NCBI GenBank assembly: GCA_013239625.1
Contig: MU056313.1
Span: forward strand, 2,527,786 to 2,591,785
Source of the DNA: Lama guanicoe
Lineage: Eukaryota
Length of the DNA stretch: 64,000 nucleotides
Direction: 5' to 3'
This document shows, in pieces, positions 53,237 through 64,000 of this stretch (within the stretch, counting starts at the first letter, position 1; each line of letters begins with the position of its first letter). A program made the position numbers and the translations under genes. The notes under the pieces were generated by a model. It made no database searches. It was not told the origin of the DNA and saw only the letters and a program-made list of their open reading frames with translations.

Positions 53237-53500
53237 TGGATGCAGTACTCCGTCCGGTATTGATGGTGGCAGTGGACGTAGCACCCCTTCTTCTGTCAGT
53301 ACTCTTAGTACTATTTGCCCAGGTGACTTGAAANNNNNNNNNNNNNNNNNNNNNNNNNNNNNNNNNNNNNNNNNNNNNNNNNNNNNNNNNNNNNNNNNNN
53401 NNNNNNNNNNNNNNNNNNNNNNNNNNNNNNNNNNNNNNNNNNNNNNNNNNNNNNNNNNNNNNNNNGTTTCAACAGCTCTAGGGGAAACACCCTCAATGAG
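53237..53500 (+). CDS. PDLIM3: PDLIM3 alternative exon 6 (GCSTPSGIDGGSGRSTPSSVSTLSTICPGDLK-[44 masked codons, ZM motif]-VSTALGETPSM)
   Basis: Acceptor aacacag|; donor AG|gtaata; 264 nt, phase 2->2; frame preserved across the 132-nt N-run. Confidence 0.95.
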
Positions 53501-55138
53501 GTAATATGAGTCTTTCTGAACCATGGGCATATTAACTAAACACATGGGCAATGTCAACTTTACTGGTGTCTTGAAATGCTGTCTTAATTGAAAGAAAGCT
53601 ATGTGAAAAACTTTCAAGAAAAAAATACTAAGGATCTATCGCAAATATCCAGGCTTAATGATAAAGGTGATTTGAAAAATTAACCAAGTAGAGTTTTATG
53701 TGACAGATTGCAAGAAAATGAAATCATGGAAGGGCCAAATGTATATGTCTTTTGAAAAACTACAATTTTAGTACAAAAACTTTATGCCTGGTACAATACT
53801 TCTCAAAAGTGATTTACAATCTAGTATACTCTGTGTTTCTTCTTTGGGGGGTCAAAAACTGGGAAAGGGATGGGAGGTTCAGAGAAGTTTCAAAAGAAAT
53901 GATACCTCTTCTCTCTTCTAATGGCATCTTTTAGAGAGGTTCATTATTTTTCCATTTAAAATGTTTGCCATGAATAAGGGTTTATAAGTGAATATCTCAA
54001 ACTATTAATGTAGATATTTAGTTTCTACTGGTCTCCATTTTGACTGATTTCTTCTTTGTTATGCATAATTGTTCAAAGTAATTTTGCCATCGAGTATTGT
54101 CAATTACAAAGATTTATTATAAGATAAAATATTATTACTTCTTTCAATATTACAGAACCACTTTTTATAAAGTATTATGATGCTTATGAGTGTTATGTAA
54201 AAATATCCCAAAGATAACTCTTGGGATGAATACAATGAGATAATATTAGGGTGATGTATTTCAAAGCCATTTTGCAAGGTACTTCAGATATACAAGATGA
54301 TTATTTCCAAATACGATATAGGTAATAAAAAATATGTGCAAATAGCAACTACCTTTGCTAGACAATGTCATTATATGACATAAAATCAAAAAGCATTTGG
54401 TGCCTAACATGTAGTTTTACTGTGGCATTTTTTATTGTTAATCATGAATTTATCTGTAGAAATTTTATTAAAATTAAGTTTCTATCATTTTTGTAAATGA
54501 ATTATAATGTGGCTATTTAGAAAGTATTAGTGTAGACAATACAACTGATGTATATCTGAAAGTTGCTACATTATGCACTTTCAAACACTTACAAGTTGAA
54601 TTTCTTCAATTTACAAGCAAAACGGACACCTTGGTTGTTTCCAAAAGTTAACACAGCAAATTAACCTTAAAAACAAAACTAAACCATACACTTTTGCTTT
54701 AATATCAGAAATGAATCTGAATTTTATTGACAACTTGATGAGAATAATCAAACGGGGCTCACTTGAGCACTTTCTACCATGTATATGTTGCTTTTTTTTC
54801 CTGAGAAATTTTGTTCACATTATAATTATATATCCAACAGACACAGGCGCTATTTTTTAAGTTATTATTTCCTAACGATCACATTTTTGTCGCCCTCCAA
54901 AGGATTTTGCCACATGGAGAAGTGCTGATGCGACCCCCAGGTTCATTAATGATATTGTTAAGGCCACCTATGTGAATTCACATTTTATTTTCACCTGTAA
55001 TAGAGATTAACTTGAAAATGCTGAGTCTCTGCTCAGGAGTTGCTGTAAATATAGTGATCACTGCTAACTGATAGCTTGTGACTTGCTGCATGTACATGAC
55101 GCCCCTGACGCTGCTCCGCCTGCCACGCTGTGTTTCAG

Positions 55139-55269
55139 TGAACCCACGGCCTCTGTGCCCCCTGAGTCGGATGTGTACCGGATGCTGCATGACAATCGGA
55201 ATGAACCCGCTCAGCCTCGCCAGTCAGGCTCCTTCAGAGTGCTCCAGGAGCTAGTTAACGACAGCCCCG
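55139..55269 (+). CDS. PDLIM3: PDLIM3 coding exon 7 ([43 protein letters not shown])
   Basis: Acceptor tgtttcag|; donor G|gtgagc; 131 nt; ALP-family SDVYRML and [11 protein letters not shown] motifs. Confidence 0.97.
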
Positions 55270-55639
55270 GTGAGCAGCCGTGAACGTCGGCTGAAACATA
55301 ATAGACAGAGTCTACTGGAAGGGTCAGGGGAGGGGAAGATGACAAACATGATGGGGATGAGTCTAAAAACTGATTTGAATCAGGCATCAAATGAATCTTT
55401 GCTAAGAAGGGTTTGGGTGCTGCCTGGTTTAGGAAAGGAGCTTCCAGGACATAGACAAGTAGTCCCCAACCTGATGGTAAAAGGGCACCAAAGATAAATC
55501 CCATCCACAGTAGTCAAGGGCCAGCTCAGCTGACAGATCATAAAATACAGTTTTAAATCAATATTGCCAAATTTCTCAGCCTCCCCCATGTCCCATGGTA
55601 TCGTGATCATCAAAATTTTTAAATGACACTGGAATGAAC

Positions 55640-55850
55640 CCTTACTGTGTTCCAAATCCTGTGCTGAGTACTCTGCATATATGATCATTTAATCCTCATA
55701 ATAACTCAGTGAGGTAAGAGCTAGTATTTTCCCTATTCAACAAAAGAGAAACTGAGACATAGAGAGGGCAGATTTGTACAGAGTCACACAGCAAGTGAGA
55801 AACAGAGCTGGGTCTTCAGCCCACTCCTGCTGTCTTCAGAGTTCATACTC
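55640..55850 (-). mobile_element. MIR SINE
   Basis: ATCATTTAATCCTCATAATAAC...GAGAAACTGAGACATAGAGAGG...GTCACACAGCAAGT. Confidence 0.7.
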
Positions 55851-55888
55851 TTACTAATGTTTTTTCACTTTCTCCAAAAAAAAACCCA

Positions 55889-55962
55889 TTATGCCATACA
55901 CCAGAAATTGCCACAACATTGTAAACTGACTACAGTTCAATTTTTAAAAATTAAAAAATAAT
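55889..55962 (+). mobile_element. Highly truncated young L1 3' tip with A-rich tail (camelid type)
   Basis: TACACCAGAAATTGCCACAACATTGTAAACTGACTACAGTTCAATTTTTAAAAATTAAAAAA; reverse complement of the same terminus seen at 21383-21425. Confidence 0.75.
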
Positions 55963-55969
55963 AGCTATG

Positions 55970-56590
55970 TATTGCTGGTGGGGGATGTAGAATAGTGCAG
56001 CTGCTGTGAAAAACAGTATGGCCGTTCCTCAAAAAGTTAAGCATAGAATTGCCATAGGATCCAGCAATCCCACTCCTACATGTCTACTCAGGACAAGTGA
56101 AAGCAGGGACCCAAACCAATACTGTACACCAACGTTCATAGCAGCATTATTCACAGAAGCCAAAAGGTGGAAACAACCTAAATGTCTACCCATAGATGAA
56201 TGGGTAAACATAATGTGGTATATCCATTTGATGGAATATTATTCAGCCTTAAAAAAGGAATACTACAACATGGATGAACCTTGAAAATATTTTACTAAGT
56301 AAAATAAGCCAGAGACATAAGGACAAACATATGCTCCATTTATATGAGGAGCCTAGAATAGGCAAGTCAGAGAGACAGCAAGTAGAATAGAGCTTACCAG
56401 GGTCTGGAAGGAGGGAGTTAATATTCTCTGGGTACAGAGTTTGCTTTAGATGATGAAAAAGTTCCAGAAATAGGTATTTGTGATGGTTGTACAACATTGT
56501 GAATGTACATTAGCTACTGAATCACACACTTAAAAATGGCTAAGATGGTCAATTTTATGTAATATTTTAAAATATTGAACCACAATAGAA
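55970..56590 (+). mobile_element. L1MB-like 3' fragment
   Basis: TTGCTGGTGGG...GTTCCTCAAAAAGTTAAGCATAGAATTGCCATAGGATCCAGCAATCCCACTCC...GGATGAACCTTGAAAA...CACTTAAAAATGGCTAA. Confidence 0.88.
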
Positions 56591-56839
56591 AAAGAAAGAG
56601 TGCAAAATATCTTCTGCCCCTTTCAGCTCCCTACAACAACAACAATTTTTAACTAATTTTATTTTGTAAGGTCCTGCTTCAGAACAAGTTATGCTTAAAC
56701 CAGTCCTGCTCTTTTTGAAATGATAGTATGGGTGCAACTAAGAATTCCTTAGGTTAAAGTGCACACCTTAAAATAGAAGCAAAGTATAAACTGCAGCCAG
56801 CTGTTCCCTTGCCATAAATGGCAACACTTTGTTTTTCAG

Positions 56840-56951
56840 ATGACCGTCCTGCTGGAACTCGGAGTGTGAGAGCTCCAGTTACAAAAGTCCATGGTGGTGC
56901 CGGCAGCACACAGAGGATGCCACTCTGTGACAAATGTGGGAGTGGCATTGT
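56840..56951 (+). CDS. PDLIM3: PDLIM3 coding exon 8 ([36 protein letters not shown]), start of LIM
   Basis: Acceptor tttgtttttcag|; donor GT|gtaagt; 112 nt; first CxxC of the LIM domain. Confidence 0.97.
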
Positions 56952-58258
56952 GTAAGTTTCATCTGCAACCCCAAAATGCATCATAAATCTTGGTGTCAGT
57001 TCTTTATTTCTTCTACTTGAAGATTCCATAGAACTTTTATAAGAAACAAATTTCTGTTCATCGATTTGAAATATAAGGTCCACGACATTTAGCACATTTT
57101 GAACGGAATTCCTTAGGTGTACCCCTAAGTTGGCATAAAATGTAAGTCAGAAATCTTGACTTATAATTTCAGATATATATTCAGATATATTCAGAAAAGA
57201 AATTGCCCCAGAGGTATATTTTAAAATCTTTTCCAAGAATCATAACTTCACTTCAGAAAGCTTGTATACTTCCTTTTCTGTATAAGTCCAGGGAAACACA
57301 TATGGGGGTCATCTGGTTGTTAATTAAAACACATTATCTTTACCCAGTTTCTTAAGTTGCACAAATACTGAAATACGATTTTACAAAATACAGTTAGCTT
57401 CCATTTCAAGGGACTTTATGTGTGAATAGCCACACCTGCTGGTTCAAATCTTCAAGTGAACCAGATCATTTCAATCTGTCCACTTAATGCCCCAAGGGGC
57501 TGCTTCTTCCAGCCCTTTTTTCTGTTTTTCTACCATCAGCTCATACACTGAGGCACCATCTGTCCAGTTACCCAGAATATATCCCAGGAGGGCGGTGGGA
57601 GAAAAGCGTGGTTAGAGCAAAAAGGAGACTGTGAGACAGAAATAAGCAGGACAGGGATCTCGGGAGCAGAGAGGACCTCATTAAATACAATAGTTTGTGA
57701 CGTTACCCAAAGTAGTTATGCTGCTACGTTGGAGTAAATTGTTTTGACAGTAGAGGCAAGTCCACCCACCCACGGAAATTCCATCTCTGCCTTTTGATCT
57801 GTTCTCTCTATGTTCCATAGAATAAATAGAAGCTGGACCACCAAGATAGAAAGCAATCAGAGGGACATTTAGTGATATGGACAACAACCTTGGTCAAAGT
57901 CAGAATCCCCTGCAGAGGTGTCTGTCTTATCTGTGTCCTGTCTCCCTCTTTCAAAGAAATACTGGGGAAGGATCATGAAGTAAGATGCTATAATTTTTCT
58001 AAAAAAAAAAAATGTTTGAAAAAATCTTAAAAATACACGTCAACATCAGAGAGAAACACGTGAAGGTTTATTATGGTTGTCTTGCTTCTCCCCGACAATT
58101 ACATCAGTTTCACAGCTGTGCCCAGTTTCACAGCCGGAGGCTGTTCCTGGATGTGAAACAGATGACACCCACCTCGCCCATAGTGCTGTCTCCCTTTGTA
58201 CCATGTTTTTGGCTTTGTTTTGGTTTTGTTTTCATGAGCCCTCCTCTTCCCCCAACAG

Positions 58259-58448
58259 CGGTGCCGTTGTGAAGGCGCGGGACAAGTACCGGCATCCCGA
58301 GTGCTTCGTGTGTGCTGACTGCAACCTCAACCTCAAGCAGAAGGGCTACTTCTTCGTGGAGGGGGAGCTGTACTGCGAAACCCACGCCCGAGCCCGCATG
58401 AGGCCCCCTGAGGGCTACGACACAGTTACTCTTTACCCCAAAGCTTAG
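58259..58448 (+). CDS. PDLIM3: PDLIM3 last coding exon ([24 protein letters not shown]...[25 protein letters not shown])
   Basis: Acceptor cttcccccaacag|; HxxCxxCxxC...CxxH zinc ligands; TAG at 58446-58448. Confidence 0.98.
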
Positions 58449-58918
58449 GTCTGCAGCAGAACCGGCACGCATGCACCCACGCGCACCCACGCAGGAAGAC
58501 GTTAATGGCTTGGGGCATAGAAGCAAGCTTTTAGGCATTTACCTGACTGTATTCTCAGGAGAAGGAATGGGAGGCAGATGCCTGCTGTAACAGAAACATA
58601 CATTCAGCTCTTACTCTCTTTGAGGCTAGCAATAACTTAATGATACTTAAAGCAATCATTTTCTATGCCATACTCTACAGTTTACATTTATATTATGACC
58701 ATCAAACATGTAAACTTCAGGATATTTGGGGGAGTCTAATTGTCTTTCCTTAACAAGTTGATTTTGCAATTGTAGTAAATACCAAATGACAATCTTGTAT
58801 TCTAACACAGCCTGCAGGTGTCTGTTATCTGTTTTAACTACTACAGTGCATGTCAGGGAGAAATTCCCTAGATTTCTCTAGTTTCATATTCAATTATACC
58901 ACTGAATGCAACATACAT

Positions 58919-58924
58919 AATAAA
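58919..58924 (+). terminator. Candidate PDLIM3 polyadenylation signal AATAAA (3' UTR about 0.5 kb)
   Basis: First AATAAA found after the stop codon, in AT-rich UTR-like sequence; more distal sites not excluded. Confidence 0.65.
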
Positions 58925-61076
58925 TACACAAAATATTTTTTAAATACCTAATGAAGTGGCACTCAATGAATTCAGATGAAATCAACATTCCAACGAGAGG
59001 GCCCAGTCATATGTTGTGTACACTAACAACTCAGGTATTTAAAGAAAAATGTGGCTTCTTTAGTTTTTATAACTCCTTTACTCTCTCTTATGAGCCCATG
59101 GTTTCTGCTGATAAGAAGGGAAATTTTAAATTGGCTAGTTAAAGGCGATGCAGTCTCTTTCAGATTAAAACCACTTCTGCTTTGAAATAGTCTCCTTCAT
59201 TTTAAATGTCTCTCTCAGATAAATACTCAGTCAAGGCTCAGGCTCCCTTAAGGCTATTCTTTATTCTCAAGGCTCACCGCCACTGCTTTCTCCTTTCCAA
59301 GGTGGCATCTCCAGGAGGGGACATTTAGGGGAACCCCTGAGGAAGGTGAGGGTGCTCGTCTCCCAGGGTCCTGTTTGTATTCACTGCTGAAATCCATGGT
59401 TCCACCTGTGGTCTGTTTTCTCAACATAGTTGGGACCAAGCAACAACCCCACTTCTACCACCACCTCCAAAAGTCTCAGCTCAGCCTTCCCTGGAGTCCT
59501 GGACCCTTTGCATCTCAGACACGAACTTCATCTGGCCCTTGGCTCTACTCTAGTCACCTTGCCTCTCATTATGGTGGCCCCATGGCAATGCCCCTGACCT
59601 GCATGTCTTACCTACCTCACCGGGGACACATGGGAACGTATGAAACCGTCCCCTCCAAGTACAAACCATGGGAACCAGCTGGCTTGGGAGGTAGGGAATG
59701 TCTTAGGCCCCTGGTCTCACCATCTTGTCACAAAGTCATCTCTACCCTACTGCAGTGGTTGCCTTTGGGTCTGGAGCAAAGGATTCTACTAATGTCCCAA
59801 ATGGAAAATAGGGCCCAAGTTGTATTTCTCTGAGATTCTCCCAAACTTAACTATCTCTGACCCTGATCTGTCTGGGGTTTTGAACCAGTGAGAAGAGTCA
59901 GACCACCTGCCGGTCTCTGTGGGCACTGGAGATTGACAGTGGAATCCCGCACCAAAGCACTGATCCATTCACAGAGCTATTCAAACAAAATAGGAAACTC
60001 AGAGATCAAAGAAATGAATGTATCCAAATACATTACCTTTTTTTGTTTGGATGTTATTTTAAAATACTTTTTCTTCTGGGAAGGATATAACCTTAAAAGT
60101 TTGGAAGCTAGAGAGCAAATGAATGGTAACTGACTTCAGAAACCTGAGAACATTAAAAATCCAAAGCAGCAATGGAAAAAACTGAAAACTAACCCAGTTT
60201 ACTCTACGGCATCTTGAAAAGGCGTGGGAATTCATAGCACCAGGCATTTCTGGACTAGTGGATAAAGGTGGAGCTATGATAAGGAAGATGAGGTACAGGT
60301 GTGTGGGCAGCACTTAATGCTCAGAAGTGTCCCCTCTCCACCCCCTCCACCCCCACATCCCATGGCATTGCACAGCGGAAGTCTGCTAGGAATGATCTGG
60401 AGAAGATAAAACAGTATCTCTGGAGTCAGGAAACATGGTTGAGGGTACATGCACCGTACCAAGAAGAAGTTAATAAATAAGAATGAAAGACTTATAAGAA
60501 AAGTGTACATTAGACATTATATTGTACATTAATGTATATTTATGTTATATTTTAGGAGTGCTTTGGTCACTTTTTCCTACTGCTATAGACCTCAGCTATG
60601 ATAAATGAGAGGCTTGTGATCTCAGGTTTTAAAAAAGATCATCTGAAGCTGAAAAACCCAGAAGTATTTTAGTCTGGTAATAAACTGCTAAGAATAGATG
60701 TGACTAGCTTGTTTTTGTGCAAGCTCTTGAATTTGTTCCAGATTCTTGAATCTGCAGCTGTTAGTCAACAGGTGAAAATGGATTCTCTAAGAAGAGCTAC
60801 TATTTGAAGATTTTGAAATATTGTGACTCACGGATTTTTTTTTAATTGGCAGTAGAGATTTTAATTCTATCCTTTAGCAATGAACTTCCCAATAAAAAAT
60901 AACTCAGACATTTTCAGGGCAGTTGTTGGACTGATATGTGACTGGAAAAAGCAAATTCTCTGACAGAACATGCTCCACCATCTAAGGCCAAATGAAACAG
61001 AAACAGTCTCACCACACTGAGAAAGGAGCACAGGTGGCGTGTAATACCGTATCAGGAAACAGGAACTTTTAGTTCT

Positions 61077-61207
61077 AGTTTTATGAGATAGGACAATATT
61101 TCACTTAAATTTTCCAAAAGGATTTTCTCTATTTTTTATTTATAAATTTATACTTCCTCTATCCTTTTGGAAAATTTAGGTGAAATATTGTCCTATCTCA
61201 TAAAACT
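61077..61207. repeat. Inverted repeat, 47-bp arms (61077-61123 / 61161-61207), 37-bp spacer, 1 mismatch
   Basis: AGTTTTATGAGATAGGACAATATTTCACTTAAATTTTCCAAAAGGAT ... ATCCTTTTGGAAAATTTAGGTGAAATATTGTCCTATCTCATAAAACT, compared base by base. Confidence 0.95.
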
Positions 61208-61629
61208 GTAACCTGTTATGGAGAGGGAAAAAAATATCAAAATAAACTTATTCGGGCAAAACCAGGGTTTCAGAATCAGAGAGTCTAGCACAGACCAGTT
61301 AGGAGAGTTTTTGGAAAGTTTCTAAACTTTCCCACGTTTCAGTTTTCCCCCATCTAGGAGATGGTTTTTCCCCATTTCTGCAGTCTAAAGGAAATTTCAT
61401 TATACTAGCTTTTTTATCTAATTCTAAACTATGTTCTGGGTAAGTAAATAATCACTTTACTTGACTTCAGCAACTTGGCAATAAGGAATTTTAGGGTCAA
61501 GACTGGTAAAATGAAAGCACAGATAAGAAAAACACATTTTAAAATTTATTAAAGTGCATACATAGCTGGTATAGGAAATTATATTCTTTATAATAAATGA
61601 CAGGTCAATTGAATAGCCATATGAAAAAT

Positions 61630-61835
61630 TAAGGACCTAAAATATAAGACTGGATACTATAAAACTCTTAGAGGAAAATATAGGCAGAACACTCTTTGAC
61701 ATAAGCTGCAGCAATATTTTTTTGACCCAGCTCCTAGGGTAATGGAAATAAAAGCAAAGATAAACAAATGGGACATAATTAAACTTGGAAGCTTTTGCAC
61801 AGCAAAGGAAACCATAAACAAAATGAAAAGACAGC
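61630..61835 (+). mobile_element. L1 ORF2 (C-terminal region) fragment, sense
   Basis: ACTATAAAACTCTTAGAGGAAAATATAGGCAGAACACTCTTTGACATAA...GCTTTTGCACAGCAAAGGAAACCATAAACAAAATGAAAAGACA. Confidence 0.88.
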
Positions 61836-62622
61836 TCCATTCTTCTTTCTCAAGATTATTTTGACTATATGGAGTGTTTCCATACAAATTTTAATATTTN
61901 NNNNNNNNNNNNNNNNNNNNNNNNNNNNNNNNNNNNNNNNNNNNNNNNNNNNNNNNNNNNNNNNNNNNNNNNNNNNNNNNNNNNNNNNNNNNNNNNNNNN
62001 NNNNNNNNNNNNNNNNNNNNNNNNNNNNTCCATCTGTTTGTGTCGTCTTCAATTTCTTTTTATCAGAGTCTTATAGTTTTCTGAGTACAGGTCCCTTGCC
62101 TCCTTAGGTAGGTTTATTCCTAGTTATTTTATTCTTTTTGATGTGATGATAAATGTGAATGTTTCCTTAATCTCTTTTTCTGATATTTCATTGTTAGTGT
62201 ATAGAAATGCAACTGATTTCTGTATATTAATTTTGTATCCTGCAACTTTACCAAAGTCATTGATAAGCTCTAGAAGTTTTCTGTTAGCATCTTTAGGGTT
62301 TTCTATGTATAGTATTATGTCATCTGCAGACAGTGACAGTTTTACTTCTTCTTTTCCAATTTGGATTCATTTTATTTATTTTTCTTCTCTAATTGCTATG
62401 GCTAGGACTCCCAAAACTATGTTAAATAAAAGTAGCGAGGATGAGCATCCTCGTCTTGTTCCTGATCTTAGAGGAAATGCTTTCAGCTTTTCACCATCGA
62501 GTATGATGTTAGCTGTGGGTTTGTCACATATGGCCTTTATACATTGAGATATGTTTCCTCCATGTCCACTTTCTGGAGAGGTTTTATCATAAATGGATGT
62601 TGAATTTTATCTAAAGCTTTTA
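61832..62622 (-). mobile_element. L1 ORF2 (RT region) fragment, antisense, partly N-masked
   Basis: TAGAAATGCAACTGATTTCTGTATATTAATTTTGTATCCTGCAACTTTAC...CTTGTTCCTGATCTTAGAGGAAATGCTTTCAGCTTTTCACCA...TTTTATCATAAATGGATGTTGAATTTT. Confidence 0.92.
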
Positions 62623-63069
62623 AATCTATCTTTTGCAAGTTGTTTACTAGGTGCACAGAAAATGAGCATGCTCTGACAAATGAAGTCCCCTGCCTCTGCG
62701 ACAGCTCTAAAGTGTACATTTCAATACATTGTTATTTTAAGTTCATTACTGGAAATAGGGATCTTCTCTTAATTGTAGCGAACAGAAGTCCTTTCACAAT
62801 ATTGGTTTAGGACCCATCAAATCCACAAACACTGAAACTAATCTGACAGATGGGTTGAAATAAAAGGAACAGAAGAAAATAAAACAATGAAATGACGATC
62901 AGAAAAGACACATTTCTAGGTGTTCGCCTGTCTCTAAACATTCCCCTTTCTCCACTCAGCTTTGGTCCAGTCTTGGTGCTTTGCTAAATCAGAGTTTGAT
63001 CTAGATCAAGTTTTGGGTCAGCAGGAGAGATGGGGGGGGATGGGGATGTCCTAGGAAGATTGTCCCTGG

Positions 63070-63795
<726 letters not shown>

Positions 63796-63839
63796 TAAAT
63801 CCACTGGCCCAACTGGGGTAACTCCCGTAACTGTTTGTT

Positions 63840-64000
63840 ACTAATAACAACTAACACGGCACATTTACTTTGTGCGAATGTTCTAAGCACTTCAATGTAT
63901 CAACACATTTAATCCTTACAACAACCCTATGAAGTAGGTACTCCCATTCTCCTCACATTACAAGTGAGGAAACAGGCACAGAGAGGTTAACTAACTCCCT
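63840..64000 (-). mobile_element. MIR SINE in CCDC110 intron 2
   Basis: CATTTAATCCTTACAACAACCCTATGAAGTAGGTAC...GAGGAAACAGGCACAGAGAGGTTAA. Confidence 0.8.

Larger units (their letters stand above)
30411..58448 (+). other. PDLIM3: PDLIM3 gene, coding span (9 coding exons; alternative exon 4 vs exons 5+6)
   Basis: All exons have AG/GT borders (exon 4 donor G is masked) and compatible phases. Spliced totals are 1095 nt (364 aa) and 951 nt (316 aa). Translation matches recalled ALP/PDLIM3: PDZ at the N-terminus, one LIM domain at the C-terminus, ending [10 protein letters not shown]. Confidence 0.98.

Noticed and set aside
56742-57118. 13-bp direct repeat GAATTCCTTAGGT flanking exon 8
   Set aside because: Roughly one such pair is expected by chance in a window this size; no element structure lies between the copies.
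58077-58258. N-terminal extension of the LIM ORF (similarly at 38470 and 55083)
   Set aside because: Intronic sequence upstream of clear splice acceptors.
62143-62547. 134-aa hydrophobic ORF
   Set aside because: Antisense reading of L1 ORF2, a common artefact.

Overview
Mammalian genomic DNA, most likely a camelid (alpaca/camel-type L1 3' ends; no Alu, B1, Bov-A/tA or PRE-1 SINEs recognised). Bases 1-30,000 are repeat-rich intergenic sequence (L1, L2, MIR, MaLR LTRs, MER DNA transposons) with no coding exon I can support. The window holds the complete + strand PDLIM3 (ALP; PDZ-ZM-LIM) gene. It has a CpG-island promoter at about 30.1-30.7 kb, ATG at 30411, nine coding exons, stop at 58448 and AATAAA at 58919. 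Exons 1-2-3-5-6-7-8-9 total 1095 nt (364 aa, skeletal-type); exons 1-2-3-4-7-8-9 total 951 nt (316 aa, cardiac/smooth-type). The promoter and first two coding exons of CCDC110 follow on the same strand (ATG 63296) and are absent from the ORF track. The best second-look items are: (1) a tailless retroposed 5' half of tRNA-Gly(CCC) upstream of alternative exon 4; (2) a near-perfect 47-bp-arm hairpin between the two genes; (3) four length-preserving N-masks, two of which hide the ZM-motif coding segments; (4) splicing-control architecture around the exon 4/5/6 switch (RBFOX/QKI motif cluster, 140-nt AG-free zone); (5) an RFX X-box and an overlapping uORF at CCDC110. I found no convincing wholly new biological system. 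Comparisons to human proteins and repeat consensuses are from recall, and repeat boundaries are approximate.
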